This document shows, piece after piece, positions 9,064 through 18,535 of a DNA stretch of 64,000 nt. Source of the DNA: Vicinamibacterales bacterium. GTDB taxonomy: Bacteria; Acidobacteriota; Vicinamibacteria; Vicinamibacterales; UBA8438. The stretch covers positions 229,398-293,397 of the forward strand of contig CBDAMZ010000008.1 in NCBI GenBank assembly GCA_965197375.1. The letters are read 5' to 3'. The notes under the pieces are model-generated. The model worked only from the letters and a program-made list of their open reading frames with translations, did not search any database and was not told where the DNA came from. Each line of letters opens with the position of its first letter. The stretch's first letter is position 1. Position numbers and translations under genes: made by a program.

Positions 9064-10143
9064 ATGCGGTGGGCCTGGCGTATCGCGATTGTTTCCGGTA
9101 TTCCCATCTATCTACACGGCACGTTTACGATCCTGATCGGGTTTCTCTTATTCAGCGGGTTGTTCAAGGGATGGGGGCTCACTGCCGCGCTGTCGAACGT
9201 CTTTTTCGTCCTGGCCATCTTTGCGGCCATCGTGTTGCACGAACTCGGTCACGCGCTGACCGCGCGTCGCTTCGGTATTCGAACACGCGACATTACGCTG
9301 CTTCCAATCGGCGGGGTGGCACGACTCGAGCGGATGCCGGACATCCCCCGCCAAGAATTGTGGGTCGCGCTGGCTGGTCCAGCTGTCAACATCTTGCTGG
9401 CGGCCGTGTGCTATATGACGTTCACGGTGGTAACTGGCGGTTCGCCTAGCCTGACCCTAGATCCCTCGGCCACCGGTTTCGTCGGCCGGTTCTCGGCGGT
9501 CAATGTGGCCCTTGCCGTCTTTAACCTCCTGCCAGCGTTTCCAATGGACGGCGGCCGGGCGTTGCGAGCGTTGCTCGCCGAACGGATCGACTACGTTCGA
9601 GCGACCGAGATCGCCGCGAACATCGGGCAGGGCCTAGCGCTGGCCTTCGGGTTAATCGGCCTGTTTTTGAACCCATGGCTGGTGTTCATCGCGTTGTTTG
9701 TCTGGATTGGCGCCAGCAACGAAGCCTCCCTAGTTGGCATGCGCGGCGCCCTGGCCGGGGTCCAGGTTAGCCGCGCCATGATAACCAACTTCCGGAGCGT
9801 TTCCGTCGACAGTCCGCTATCGGACCCGGTTGCACGTGTTCTGGATGGAGCGCAACGTGACTTTCCGGTGACCGATGGTGGCCGGTTGGTCGGCATCCTC
9901 ACGCGCGACAAGCTCGTGTCCGCGTTGACAGAACGTGGGCCGGCTAGCCCGGTACGAAAGGCGATGACCACGGAGTTCGAGACTGCAGACGCGCTCGAGA
10001 TGTTGGACGGCGCCTTCATCCGGCTGCAGAGTACGTCGTGCAATGTACTCCCGGTGCTGTACAGAGGACGCCTCGTCGGGCTCCTGACGTTGGACAATAT
10101 CGGTGAGTACGTGACGATCCAGGGCGCCATTGGGAAAGGGTAG
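9064..10143 (+). CDS. Site-2 protease (M50) with C-terminal CBS pair
   Basis: LHELGH, AGPAVN, FNLLPAFPMDGGR, two CBS repeats. Confidence 0.95.
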   Translation: MRWAWRIAIVSGIPIYLHGTFTILIGFLLFSGLFKGWGLTAALSNVFFVLAIFAAIVLHELGHALTARRFGIRTRDITLLPIGGVARLERMPDIPRQELWVALAGPAVNILLAAVCYMTFTVVTGGSPSLTLDPSATGFVGRFSAVNVALAVFNLLPAFPMDGGRALRALLAERIDYVRATEIAANIGQGLALAFGLIGLFLNPWLVFIALFVWIGASNEASLVGMRGALAGVQVSRAMITNFRSVSVDSPLSDPVARVLDGAQRDFPVTDGGRLVGILTRDKLVSALTERGPASPVRKAMTTEFETADALEMLDGAFIRLQSTSCNVLPVLYRGRLVGLLTLDNIGEYVTIQGAIGKG

Positions 10144-10372
10144 TGGACCGGCACCGGTCTCTACCCCAGCCTTTCTATCCCACGACGCCGTCAAATTTCT
10201 TCAGGTGCTGTCTCGCGTTGACCCGGGTGGCTGGCCGAGGCTGTCGATGCGCCGAGATGTCACTAGCTCACGGCGAACGAGGCCCTCGTCTAGTCGTCGT
10301 GCAACGCTCGAGCGGTGTACAGTGGGCCCAGAAAGCGTTAACCGTGTTTTCGGCAGCCGGTGAGGAGGACGC

Positions 10373-10912
10373 TTGGACGCGCGCAGAATCTCTACGCGGC
10401 CTTGGCGGTTTGCGTCGGTTTTCGTGGCTGTTGAGATCGCTGTACAGATCCCAATCTACTCAGGCGCGCAGGCTCAAGCGCCGAGCATGGATACCGTCGC
10501 TGCCGGTATGAGGATTTACCGCCAGAAAGGAGACTGCCAGGCGTGCCACGGCTGGGCGGGTGACGGCCGAAAAATGGACAGCCAAATGCCAGACGGGGCA
10601 AACCTTCGGGCAAGCCAGCTCGATCGCGACCAGCTAACCTTCGTCATCAAGTGCGGTCTTCCTGGCCGGAGCATGCCGGCCTTCGACCGGTTCGCCTACA
10701 GCGATGGGCGCCGTCTTGGTAGGACACGCGCTGATTTACAGCGAATGGGCCTGGAGTTGCCAGATCCTGCTGCCACCCTTCAGCCACGAGAGATCGAGCG
10801 GCTGGTCGACTTCCTGTTCGCGAAGGTTATCGGGCGAGGGCTGATGAATTATGCAAAATGCGTTGACTATTGGGGCTCTGATGTAGAGGTCTGTAGCGAG
10901 TTCCCAAAGTGA
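10373..10912 (+). CDS. Exported monoheme c-type cytochrome
   Basis: CQACH heme motif, MPAF distal Met, extra Cys residues; convergent with the PQQ dehydrogenase. Confidence 0.85.
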   Translation: MDARRISTRPWRFASVFVAVEIAVQIPIYSGAQAQAPSMDTVAAGMRIYRQKGDCQACHGWAGDGRKMDSQMPDGANLRASQLDRDQLTFVIKCGLPGRSMPAFDRFAYSDGRRLGRTRADLQRMGLELPDPAATLQPREIERLVDFLFAKVIGRGLMNYAKCVDYWGSDVEVCSEFPK

Positions 10913-10937
10913 GTCACTGTAGGAGCTCCGCTGGCCA

Positions 10938-12716
10938 CTAGCCCAATGCGAACACGAACAGGTAGCTCGAGGTTTCGAGGTTGTCGTATTTCACCGGATG
11001 CAGGTGACGGCCACCGGCCTGCACGGCAAGATACTGTGTTGGGCCAATCGCGTAGGTGACGGGTGCACCCTTGAGAGGCGTGCCCACGTTGAAGCGCCAG
11101 AGCTCCTGAAGCGTCTCGTCATTGTAGGCGACGATCCAACCGTCCTGGAGGGCTGTGAATACCAAACCGCCAGCTGTGCTGATGATACCTGACCGAATTT
11201 CGATATCGGTGACCGCCTTCGAGATGACCTTGTGGTTGATGACGTCGATCGCCGTGACCGCGCCGTAGTATAGGTCGCTGCTGTAATCACGACGCTTACT
11301 TGCCTCCCGATCTACACCGCCGTCAGGGGAAGGTGACGCTATAGCAGCGCCACTTTGCGAGAAGCAGCCCTCGGTGCCGACGCCGTAGGCAATGTTCTTG
11401 ATTGGGTTAAAGGCCAGGGGCTGGTGCGAGACACCCCCGTGCCAGGTCGGACAAGCACGCTTTATCTCATTCCGATCAGCGCGCAGTGCGCGCGCATCAG
11501 GATTGTAAATCTGCACGTCAAGATTCGGATCGTACTCAACCGGAAAGCCGGTGGTTGGATTGATGCCATTGGTCCAGTTCAGATCGTTGACGTACTGCAC
11601 AGCCTTAACAAAAGCACCGTTGGTCCGATCGATAGAGTAAAAGAATCCGTTTCGCGCGTAATGTGCCACTGCTTTTAGCGGCTGACCGTCGATTGTGGTG
11701 TCGTAGAGCATATGGACACCCACTTCGTCATAGTCCCACGAATCGTTTGGCGTGTACTGGAAATGCCAGGCGCGCTCGCCTGTTTCGACGTTGAGCGCGA
11801 CGACTGAGTTGGTATAGAGGTTGTCTCTAGGACGAAACTCCGCATCATAACTAGGATACAGGTTACCCGTGCCGAAAATATACAGGTTTGATTCTGGATC
11901 GTAGGACCCTGTCTGCCAGACACCGCCGCCTCCCGTCTTCCAGGCGTTGTGGTTGTCCTTCCAAGTTTCGCTTCCTGGCTGTCCGGGCTCAGGCACTGTG
12001 TACCAGCGCCACAGTTCGTCGCCGGTTGTCACATCAAGTGCAGCTACCCAACCACGCGTTCCGCCATCGCCCGCGCCATTCTGAACAAGGACCTTGCCGT
12101 CGGCGACCAATGGTGCCGTGAGGAATCGCTCTCGACCACCGAATTCGTTCGTGGTCGCGATCTCCGTGTCCCACACGATCTCACCGGTGTCGCGGTTGAT
12201 AGCGATGACGCGGCCGTCTGGAAGATTTGCCAGCACGAGGTCTTCCCAGAGCGCGATGCCGCGAGTGCGTGGGCGGTTGTCTTCGTGGTCCACTCCTGGG
12301 TCGGTGATCCACACGAACGTGCCCTTGTCTGGATGCCGTGCGTCGATCTTGTAGACTGTGCCCCACCCGTCGCTCGTGTACATAAAGCCGTTATCGATGA
12401 GCGGGTTGACCTCGTTTTCTGGACCGTTCTGTCCGACGTCCTGCATGCCGCCGAGCGCGAGTGCCCACACGAGTCTCAGATTCTTAACGTTACCGCGATT
12501 AATTTGTGTAAGCCTAGAATACCGAAGCGAGCCGTAGTCGCCGTTCATCAGGAGCCAGTTGTTCGGTTCGTTTTGCGCGTTGATCAACCGGTCTCTATTG
12601 ACGGTGAGAGTGTACTGTCCACCGATCGTGATCGCAGAAGTCACCACGACGAATGCACACGAAAGAAAAATCCGTGCCAGTGAGTGACGGTGCATGGTGT
12701 GTTCCCCGTAGGACAC
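10938..12716 (-). CDS. PQQ-dependent dehydrogenase (quinoprotein alcohol dehydrogenase-like beta-propeller)
   Basis: Signal peptide, RYSRLTQIN, repeated A.D..TG...W docking motifs, GGGVWQTGSYDP, QYTPNDSWDYD, RNGFFY. Start may be ATG 12695. Confidence 0.93.
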   Translation of the reverse strand: MSYGEHTMHRHSLARIFLSCAFVVVTSAITIGGQYTLTVNRDRLINAQNEPNNWLLMNGDYGSLRYSRLTQINRGNVKNLRLVWALALGGMQDVGQNGPENEVNPLIDNGFMYTSDGWGTVYKIDARHPDKGTFVWITDPGVDHEDNRPRTRGIALWEDLVLANLPDGRVIAINRDTGEIVWDTEIATTNEFGGRERFLTAPLVADGKVLVQNGAGDGGTRGWVAALDVTTGDELWRWYTVPEPGQPGSETWKDNHNAWKTGGGGVWQTGSYDPESNLYIFGTGNLYPSYDAEFRPRDNLYTNSVVALNVETGERAWHFQYTPNDSWDYDEVGVHMLYDTTIDGQPLKAVAHYARNGFFYSIDRTNGAFVKAVQYVNDLNWTNGINPTTGFPVEYDPNLDVQIYNPDARALRADRNEIKRACPTWHGGVSHQPLAFNPIKNIAYGVGTEGCFSQSGAAIASPSPDGGVDREASKRRDYSSDLYYGAVTAIDVINHKVISKAVTDIEIRSGIISTAGGLVFTALQDGWIVAYNDETLQELWRFNVGTPLKGAPVTYAIGPTQYLAVQAGGRHLHPVKYDNLETSSYLFVFALG

Positions 12717-12980
12717 GGTCTGTATAGCTTACAACGTTTGGTTAGATTGGCGGTTGAGGTGCCAAAGCTGTTGCCAGTGTATCCCTTCCACTCTAGCACT
12801 ACCGGAATCGCCTACATGAGAATGCGAAGCTCGAGTGGTTCGACTTCTGACGTCTTGCTTGGAAAGTTAGCGGTTGGCTAGAATAGGCAGCTGCAGCGCT
12901 TTTTAGTTTCTCTAACTTTTTGGCGCAGGGGTCTCTGGATCGATCAGGTAACGATCGCCGACTAGGGCGAAGGAGGGATA

Positions 12981-13736
12981 GTGTCAAGCCGCTGGTTCCG
13001 GATCGGGCAGATTGTTCCAAGTTCGAACACCACCATGGAGACCGAGCTTCCGGCGATGTTGCGCGCCAGGGAAGCGGTGGCGCCCGAACGTTTCACTTTT
13101 CACTCGAGCCGGATGCGAATGAAGCAGGTCACGACGGAAGAACTTGCGGCGATGGATACGGAAGCCGATCGCTGTGCGGCCGAACTGGCTGATGCAGACG
13201 TAGACGTTCTCGGATACGCGTGCCTGGTGGCCATCATGAGTGCGGGCAAGGGCTATCACTGCCAGTCTGAGCGGCGCCTGCACGAGGTGACCGTGCGGGA
13301 AGGGCACCCGGCGCCGGTGGTGACCAGCGCAGGCGCGCTTGTGGAGGGACTCAAGGCTCTTCGGGCCAAGAAGGTGGCCATGGTGGCGCCCTACATGAAG
13401 CCGCTAGCACGGCTGGTTGCAGACTACATCGAAGCTGAGGGAATTGGGGTCGTCGACCTGATGGCTCTCGAGATTCCAGACAATCTTGAGGTTGGACGCC
13501 GCGACCCGATGGCTCTTGCCGGTATATACCGCGATCTGTCGCTGGCTGGTGCCGATGTGCTCGTCCTGTCTTCGTGCGTGCAAATGCCGTCGCTGGCGGC
13601 GATCTCGGTGGTCGAGCGCGAATGCGGGCTGCCGGTGGTGTCGGCGGCTGTCTGCACGGTCCACCAGATGCTTCACACCCTCGGCCTCGGCACCCACGTA
13701 CCAGGGGCCGGGGCGTTGCTATCCGGCCGGTACTAA
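12981..13736 (+). CDS. maiA: Maleate cis-trans isomerase (Asp/Glu racemase superfamily)
   Basis: IGQIVPSSNTTMETE, YACLVAIM, SCVQMPS (two catalytic Cys). Confidence 0.9.
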   Translation: MSSRWFRIGQIVPSSNTTMETELPAMLRAREAVAPERFTFHSSRMRMKQVTTEELAAMDTEADRCAAELADADVDVLGYACLVAIMSAGKGYHCQSERRLHEVTVREGHPAPVVTSAGALVEGLKALRAKKVAMVAPYMKPLARLVADYIEAEGIGVVDLMALEIPDNLEVGRRDPMALAGIYRDLSLAGADVLVLSSCVQMPSLAAISVVERECGLPVVSAAVCTVHQMLHTLGLGTHVPGAGALLSGRY

Positions 13737-13858
13737 CACACCGATCCTCTGTTGCGCTTCGGGATGATCAGGAGTCGGGTCGTTCGATAATCAGCAAGCC
13801 GACGAAGCATCGTTGGAGCGCTTGCCACGCAAGCCTTGACCGAACACGGCACGTCGAC

Positions 13859-14902
13859 TTACCTCGAGCTCTGCTGGGTGGCTTCTTCGACGGCCTTTTC
13901 TTCGAGGCGGGCTCCAACGAGGATGCCTTCCATGCCGATGTTCCCTTCGTGGCACGCGTACTCGTAGATAGCGTCGTTGGTGCTCATCAGCGGGATCAAG
14001 ACGGTCCAGGGTTTAGTCCAGGTCGTCGGGTCGTTGATGGCAACCGAGTAGTTGAGCGTGTTCGGGCTAACGCGGGTCAGGCGCTCTGTCAGATGCAGGC
14101 CCTCAGACGATATGCGTCTAAAGGTGCTTTTCGGAGAATAGTTTGTTGTTTCGATCACCAACGTGTCGTCTTCCCAGTGGCCGCGCGAGTCCCCGTGCCA
14201 CTGCCGGAGGCTGGCGTCGAGATGCGGCGACCCGTTGAGGGGAATAACCCGCGCGTCGTGGTTCATTTCCATGAGTATGACTACGTGATCGGCACTCTGA
14301 AAGATTTGGTAATAGCTGTTGTAACCGGCGCTAAGCCTCGGCACGCCGTAGGTGACACACCGCTCGCTCAGTGGTCGGTCTGTGTATGTGTCAGCGGGGT
14401 GCTCGCGGCGACGGTCTGCCAGCACTTGCCGGCGATTCTGCGCGGCCGCCGTCAGGGCCGGAATCCGCCCATCCAGTGGGTCGATTACCAGTGACGTTCG
14501 GTCACTGAAGTTTCTAGCGGCGATCCAGAACTGGTTGTAGTTACCGGTTGTCGGATCGTAGGATTCTGCTTTCGTGTTCGCGATCGCTGCTAGTACCAAC
14601 TGGTCGCCGAAGAGCGCATCTCCGTCGCCAACAACTTGCACAGCTGCCACCTGCAGTTCGGCTAGCTCTTCATCAGTCAGGCGTGCTTTCCCGGTCCATT
14701 CTTCTGGCCGCTCCAACGGCGTGGCATTGTTATTTGCCCAGACGCCCTGCAGGTTTGGTTGGCCGTCTGGTGTGCGTGGCAGCGTCCACTCACCACCGGG
14801 GGCCTGTCCAGCGGTTCGAACTGGCGCAGGCGACACGATCGCGATCGTGGCCAATGACGCAGCAAGAGCTCGGAGGCTCATCCGTGTTTTCACTGTCCTC
14901 AC
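13859..14902 (-). CDS. Uncharacterised exported protein, paralog 1 (PRTPDG...ERC...YEYACHEGN family)
   Basis: Signal peptide; PRTPDGQPNLQGVW, RPLSERC, GDSRGHWEDDTLVIETTNY, YEYACHEGN; intact ORF. Confidence 0.85.
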   Translation of the reverse strand: MRTVKTRMSLRALAASLATIAIVSPAPVRTAGQAPGGEWTLPRTPDGQPNLQGVWANNNATPLERPEEWTGKARLTDEELAELQVAAVQVVGDGDALFGDQLVLAAIANTKAESYDPTTGNYNQFWIAARNFSDRTSLVIDPLDGRIPALTAAAQNRRQVLADRRREHPADTYTDRPLSERCVTYGVPRLSAGYNSYYQIFQSADHVVILMEMNHDARVIPLNGSPHLDASLRQWHGDSRGHWEDDTLVIETTNYSPKSTFRRISSEGLHLTERLTRVSPNTLNYSVAINDPTTWTKPWTVLIPLMSTNDAIYEYACHEGNIGMEGILVGARLEEKAVEEATQQSSR

Positions 14903-14952
14903 TCCCGTTACAACGGCTGGCGCTCAGGCCGGAAGGGCAGAGTAGCGAGGTG

Positions 14953-15436
14953 TTACCGCGACGGTTCCGTCGGATCGCTACCGTCACGCGGAGCACCGGT
15001 TCCGGACGAACCCATGAAAAACTTTCGGCCGTCTTCGAACGTCACATCTCGCCCATTGGCTCGAGCCGTACGGTCCTTGCTCTGGTAGCCGGAGACGACG
15101 ATGACCATGCCAGATAGGACGTCATCACGCCGTAGGCCTCGCCGCAACAGCGTGTTCGGGGTGCCGCCTTCGACCATCCCACACCTGCTTGGTGCCGTCC
15201 TCATTGGTTACTTCCAAGTGAATCCAGGCATGCGGATTTACCCATTCAACCTTGACCACCGGTCCCCGCAGGAGGATGGGCCGGTTCGGGTCGAATTCCG
15301 CGCCAAACGCGTGGTGAGCGGCCACTGGCACCGCCGCTACGAGGAAAAGGCCGACAGTGGCGACGAGCGACACGGTGGCTTCGAGTGACAGACGGGAACT
15401 TCGTCTCATGCGCATGAATTGCACTCCTTGTGACAT
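14953..15436 (-). pseudogene. DUF6152-like exported protein, frameshifted
   Basis: Signal ...VPVAA-HHAFGAEFD, KVEWVNPHAWI, then an extra G in TGGGATG (~15178-15180) separates it from MVEGGTPNTLLRRG...GYQSKD. Confidence 0.8.
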
Positions 15437-15467
15437 TTGACAGCGGTGACGAGAGCTACACCACCGG

Positions 15468-16570
15468 CTACTTAAACTCGTTCAGCACGTCGGCTTCGAG
15501 AATCCGTGCCCCCCGGAGAATCCCCCCGAGTGAATAGTTCGCTTCGTGGCAGGCGTACTCGTAGATGCGATTGTCAGTCACCGGCCATACATACTCACCG
15601 CTCCACGGCTCAGTCCAGACCGTCGGATCCTCGACCGTGAACTGGTACAGGAGTGTATTGGCATCGATCCACGAAAAGCGCTCCACGACGTGCAAATTCA
15701 GAGACGCCAGAGCAAATCCTGGGGTGTCGGTGAAATTCGTTGTGTCGACCACCAGTCTGTCACCTTCCAGTGGCCAACCGAATCACCGAGCCAATTCCTG
15801 ATTTTTGGCGGGGCGTGCTCCTTGTTCATACGGACGATACGGGCGTCGTGGACCATCTCCACGAAAATCATTACATGGTCTTCGGTTTGCACGATCTTCT
15901 TCAGGTTGTTGTACAAGACCGGCAGCATCGGTGGACCGGAGGTCGAACCAAATCCTATGAGACACCGCTCTGCGAGCGGGCGGAGTTCCGGATCGTCATA
16001 GGGCCCAGGCGCGTCGAGGTTGTCAGAGAACCACCAGGCGGTGCCGGTGTTTGGGCGTCTCAACCTAGCTCTCGTATCCGCCTGCTGCTGCCCTTCTGAC
16101 GTCAGGAGCGGCTGTCGCCCATTAGCAGGGGAGGTGATGATCGACGTGCGCCACTGCCCGTTGATCTGGAAGGCTCCCGCTCCCTTATCCATCCCAAACG
16201 TGCTGTAGGCGCCGACGGCTCCAGCCGCACCGGTTGACCCGTCACCGCCGACTGGCGGAGCCTCTTGTGGCACATGGCCAATGTCGTTTCTGTCAGCAGG
16301 AATACTGAATCTGGCCGCGAGCGCAATAGGTGCGTCTCTCGCGACAGCCGATGCCTCCTCTTCGGTCAGAGACAACCTGTCTCCAAATTCTTCTGGCCGC
16401 TGCAACGGCGTAAGGGTTGCCGTGTCGTAGGTGCCAGACAGATCCGGACGACCGTCAGGCGTTCTGGGGATGTTATCGTTTTGTGCGACAGCAACTATTG
16501 CTGGAACCACGCACGCGATCGCAAACACGCCAAGAAAAACTAAGAATCGACGGCGCATAATATCCTCCAT
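15468..16570 (-). pseudogene. Uncharacterised exported protein, paralog 2, frameshifted
   Basis: PRTPDGRPDLSG, RPLAERC, GDSVGHW; one base missing at ~15767-15769; restoring it gives GHWEGDRLVVDTTNF...YEYACHEANY. Confidence 0.8.
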
Positions 16571-16573
16571 TAA

Positions 16574-17422
16574 TTATTGCTCAAGCGGGGTGCGGCGATA
16601 TTCGCCGAAGATCAACTCTTCGACGAACTCGACGCATTTAAAATCCATCAACCGCACGTTCTCTTCGATTCGGCGGTAGAGCGGCATGCTGATCGTCCAG
16701 GGGCGTGTAAACACCTGTGGGTCTTCAATGGTGGCTTCGTACTGGATGTGGTTCTGGCTGATCAGCGTGTAGCGTTCCACGACGCGCATCTGATTACTGT
16801 GATGGTTTCCGGCCCGGTCAAACCAGGTTTGGTCGTTGAGCCCGGTGACTTCGACGACGAGTGTATCGTCCTCCCAGCGGCCGGCGGACTGGCCCATCCA
16901 AGAATCGGTCTGCGCCGGCTCAAGCTCCTCTAGGAAAATATCTCGGACCGCACTTGCATACTCGTGTGCGATGAAAATTGACTTCTCGTTCTGAAAGATC
17001 TGAAACGGAAATGGCATGTACGTTGCCCTCGGCACACCAGGCATGTAGCACTTGATCTCCGGGTCGCGTTCGAGCCAGTTGGCCCGGTTTTCCTCCTGCG
17101 TCGCGCGCGCCTCCGGCGTGTAGGGGATCACACCGCCCTCGACCACTCCCATGCTGCCGGGGACCGCGCCGACGGCGCCGAGCGCCAGAACCGGTACCGC
17201 GGGTAGGGGTCCCTGCGGTCCCTCGCGGAGCGCCATAGCAGAACGTGCAACGTGCGGCTCGATATCGTAGTTGGCTGAGTTCAGGGCTTGCCAGATGCCA
17301 TTTAGATCGGGGCTGCCATTCGACAATCGGGGCGGTTCGAAATCAGGAGATTGTCCTTGAACAGGCACCGCTGCCAGCACGAGTGCGATCACCACGGCGG
17401 TTGCGGCCAAAGATGAATTCAT
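16574..17422 (-). CDS. Uncharacterised exported protein, paralog 3
   Basis: Signal peptide; PDLNGIWQAL, DPEIKCYMPGVPR, GQSAGRWEDDTLVVE, IEDPQVFTRPW, MDFKCVE. Confidence 0.85.
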   Translation of the reverse strand: MNSSLAATAVVIALVLAAVPVQGQSPDFEPPRLSNGSPDLNGIWQALNSANYDIEPHVARSAMALREGPQGPLPAVPVLALGAVGAVPGSMGVVEGGVIPYTPEARATQEENRANWLERDPEIKCYMPGVPRATYMPFPFQIFQNEKSIFIAHEYASAVRDIFLEELEPAQTDSWMGQSAGRWEDDTLVVEVTGLNDQTWFDRAGNHHSNQMRVVERYTLISQNHIQYEATIEDPQVFTRPWTISMPLYRRIEENVRLMDFKCVEFVEELIFGEYRRTPLEQ

Positions 17423-17673
17423 TACTCAAACTCCCCTGAGTCTTCTACGCGAGACAGCACGTCGGCCTGATTTAGCCGATCCAAACAGCTACTACTGTCG
17501 GCGACATGGGCGACAAACATCAAGCTATTGGGATCGTTAGCCGCCACACTTCATCAGCGGCGATTTTCAAGCAACTGACGCACACTGTGTAAGTTAGGGC
17601 TTGTCAGACAGCGTAGCTTAAATCGACATGAAGAAAAGCCCCATACGGCGCCGCACCATGTATACTGCCATGT

Positions 17674-18390
17674 CTACTGCCCGCGGGCTGACGCGGCACG
17701 TTCATTCAACATACCTATCACCTCATCCACGGACGCGTCAGGCTTTGTTTCGATCACCGTGGCCAGCAAGCCAGTCATATTGGCCACGGCGAAGCTGAGG
17801 CCTTTAAGATTTTCGGCTGGCGGCACTCCTGGAATCGATCGAGGAAAACCAGACGCGAAAAACACGGTCCGGCCATCAGCGGTTGTCTCGGCGCGGAACT
17901 GGTCCCGTGGGCACGCCCAGTCCAACTGAACCGGGATGACCGAGGGCAGACAACCCGGCAGCCAGTGTACACCGTCGTGGTTACCAGCCGAAACGATCAG
18001 CGTGCCGCTGGTGCTCGCGCGGTTCACTGCCGCACTCAGCGGTTCCTCGTGCTCGGCTTTGGTTGTTCCGAGGCTTAGGTTGATCAGTCGCATCTGATGG
18101 GTTGCGGCCCAATCGATGGCGGCCACCAGCGCCTCGATAGGTGCTGAGAGTGAACGGTCGAAGACCTTGACCGCGAAAAGTTCGGCCGCTGGTGCTCGTT
18201 CGCGAATGGCCGCGGTGACGGCCGTTCCGTGGCCGAGGCGATCGACGTAGTCGTCGTGCTCACGGCCCCTCGGATCGATGCCTACGCCCCCAGAAACTCC
18301 ACCGACATGCGGGTGAGCAGCGTTCACACCGCTGTCGATCACAGCAATATGGATCCCTCGGCCTGTCTGCCTGTTGAACGCTGCATGCAT
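17674..18390 (-). CDS. qhpE: Subtilisin-like leader peptidase for the QHNDH gamma subunit
   Basis: Compact cytoplasmic S8 fold: IAVIDSG, GHGT, INLSLG, SAGN, GLSFA; last gene of the qhp cluster. Confidence 0.82.
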   Translation of the reverse strand: MHAAFNRQTGRGIHIAVIDSGVNAAHPHVGGVSGGVGIDPRGREHDDYVDRLGHGTAVTAAIRERAPAAELFAVKVFDRSLSAPIEALVAAIDWAATHQMRLINLSLGTTKAEHEEPLSAAVNRASTSGTLIVSAGNHDGVHWLPGCLPSVIPVQLDWACPRDQFRAETTADGRTVFFASGFPRSIPGVPPAENLKGLSFAVANMTGLLATVIETKPDASVDEVIGMLNERAASARGQ

Positions 18391-18535
18391 GGTTTGATTT
18401 GGTTCGGCGAGCTCGTGGAAACATTCTGATCGGCAAGCGGCCAGTTCTCGACCTTTCAGTAGGGCCGTTTGGTGCTCCCTCGTTGATGGCTGAACGCTGA
18501 CGGCCGCAAGCTAGTGTTTCATATTTTCTCGGTTA

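Noticed and set aside
12748-12765. Sigma54-like TGGCAC-N-GC upstream of the PQQ gene; similar words near 25330-25390 and 56415
   Set aside because: The -12 element lacks TTGC or the spacing is wrong.
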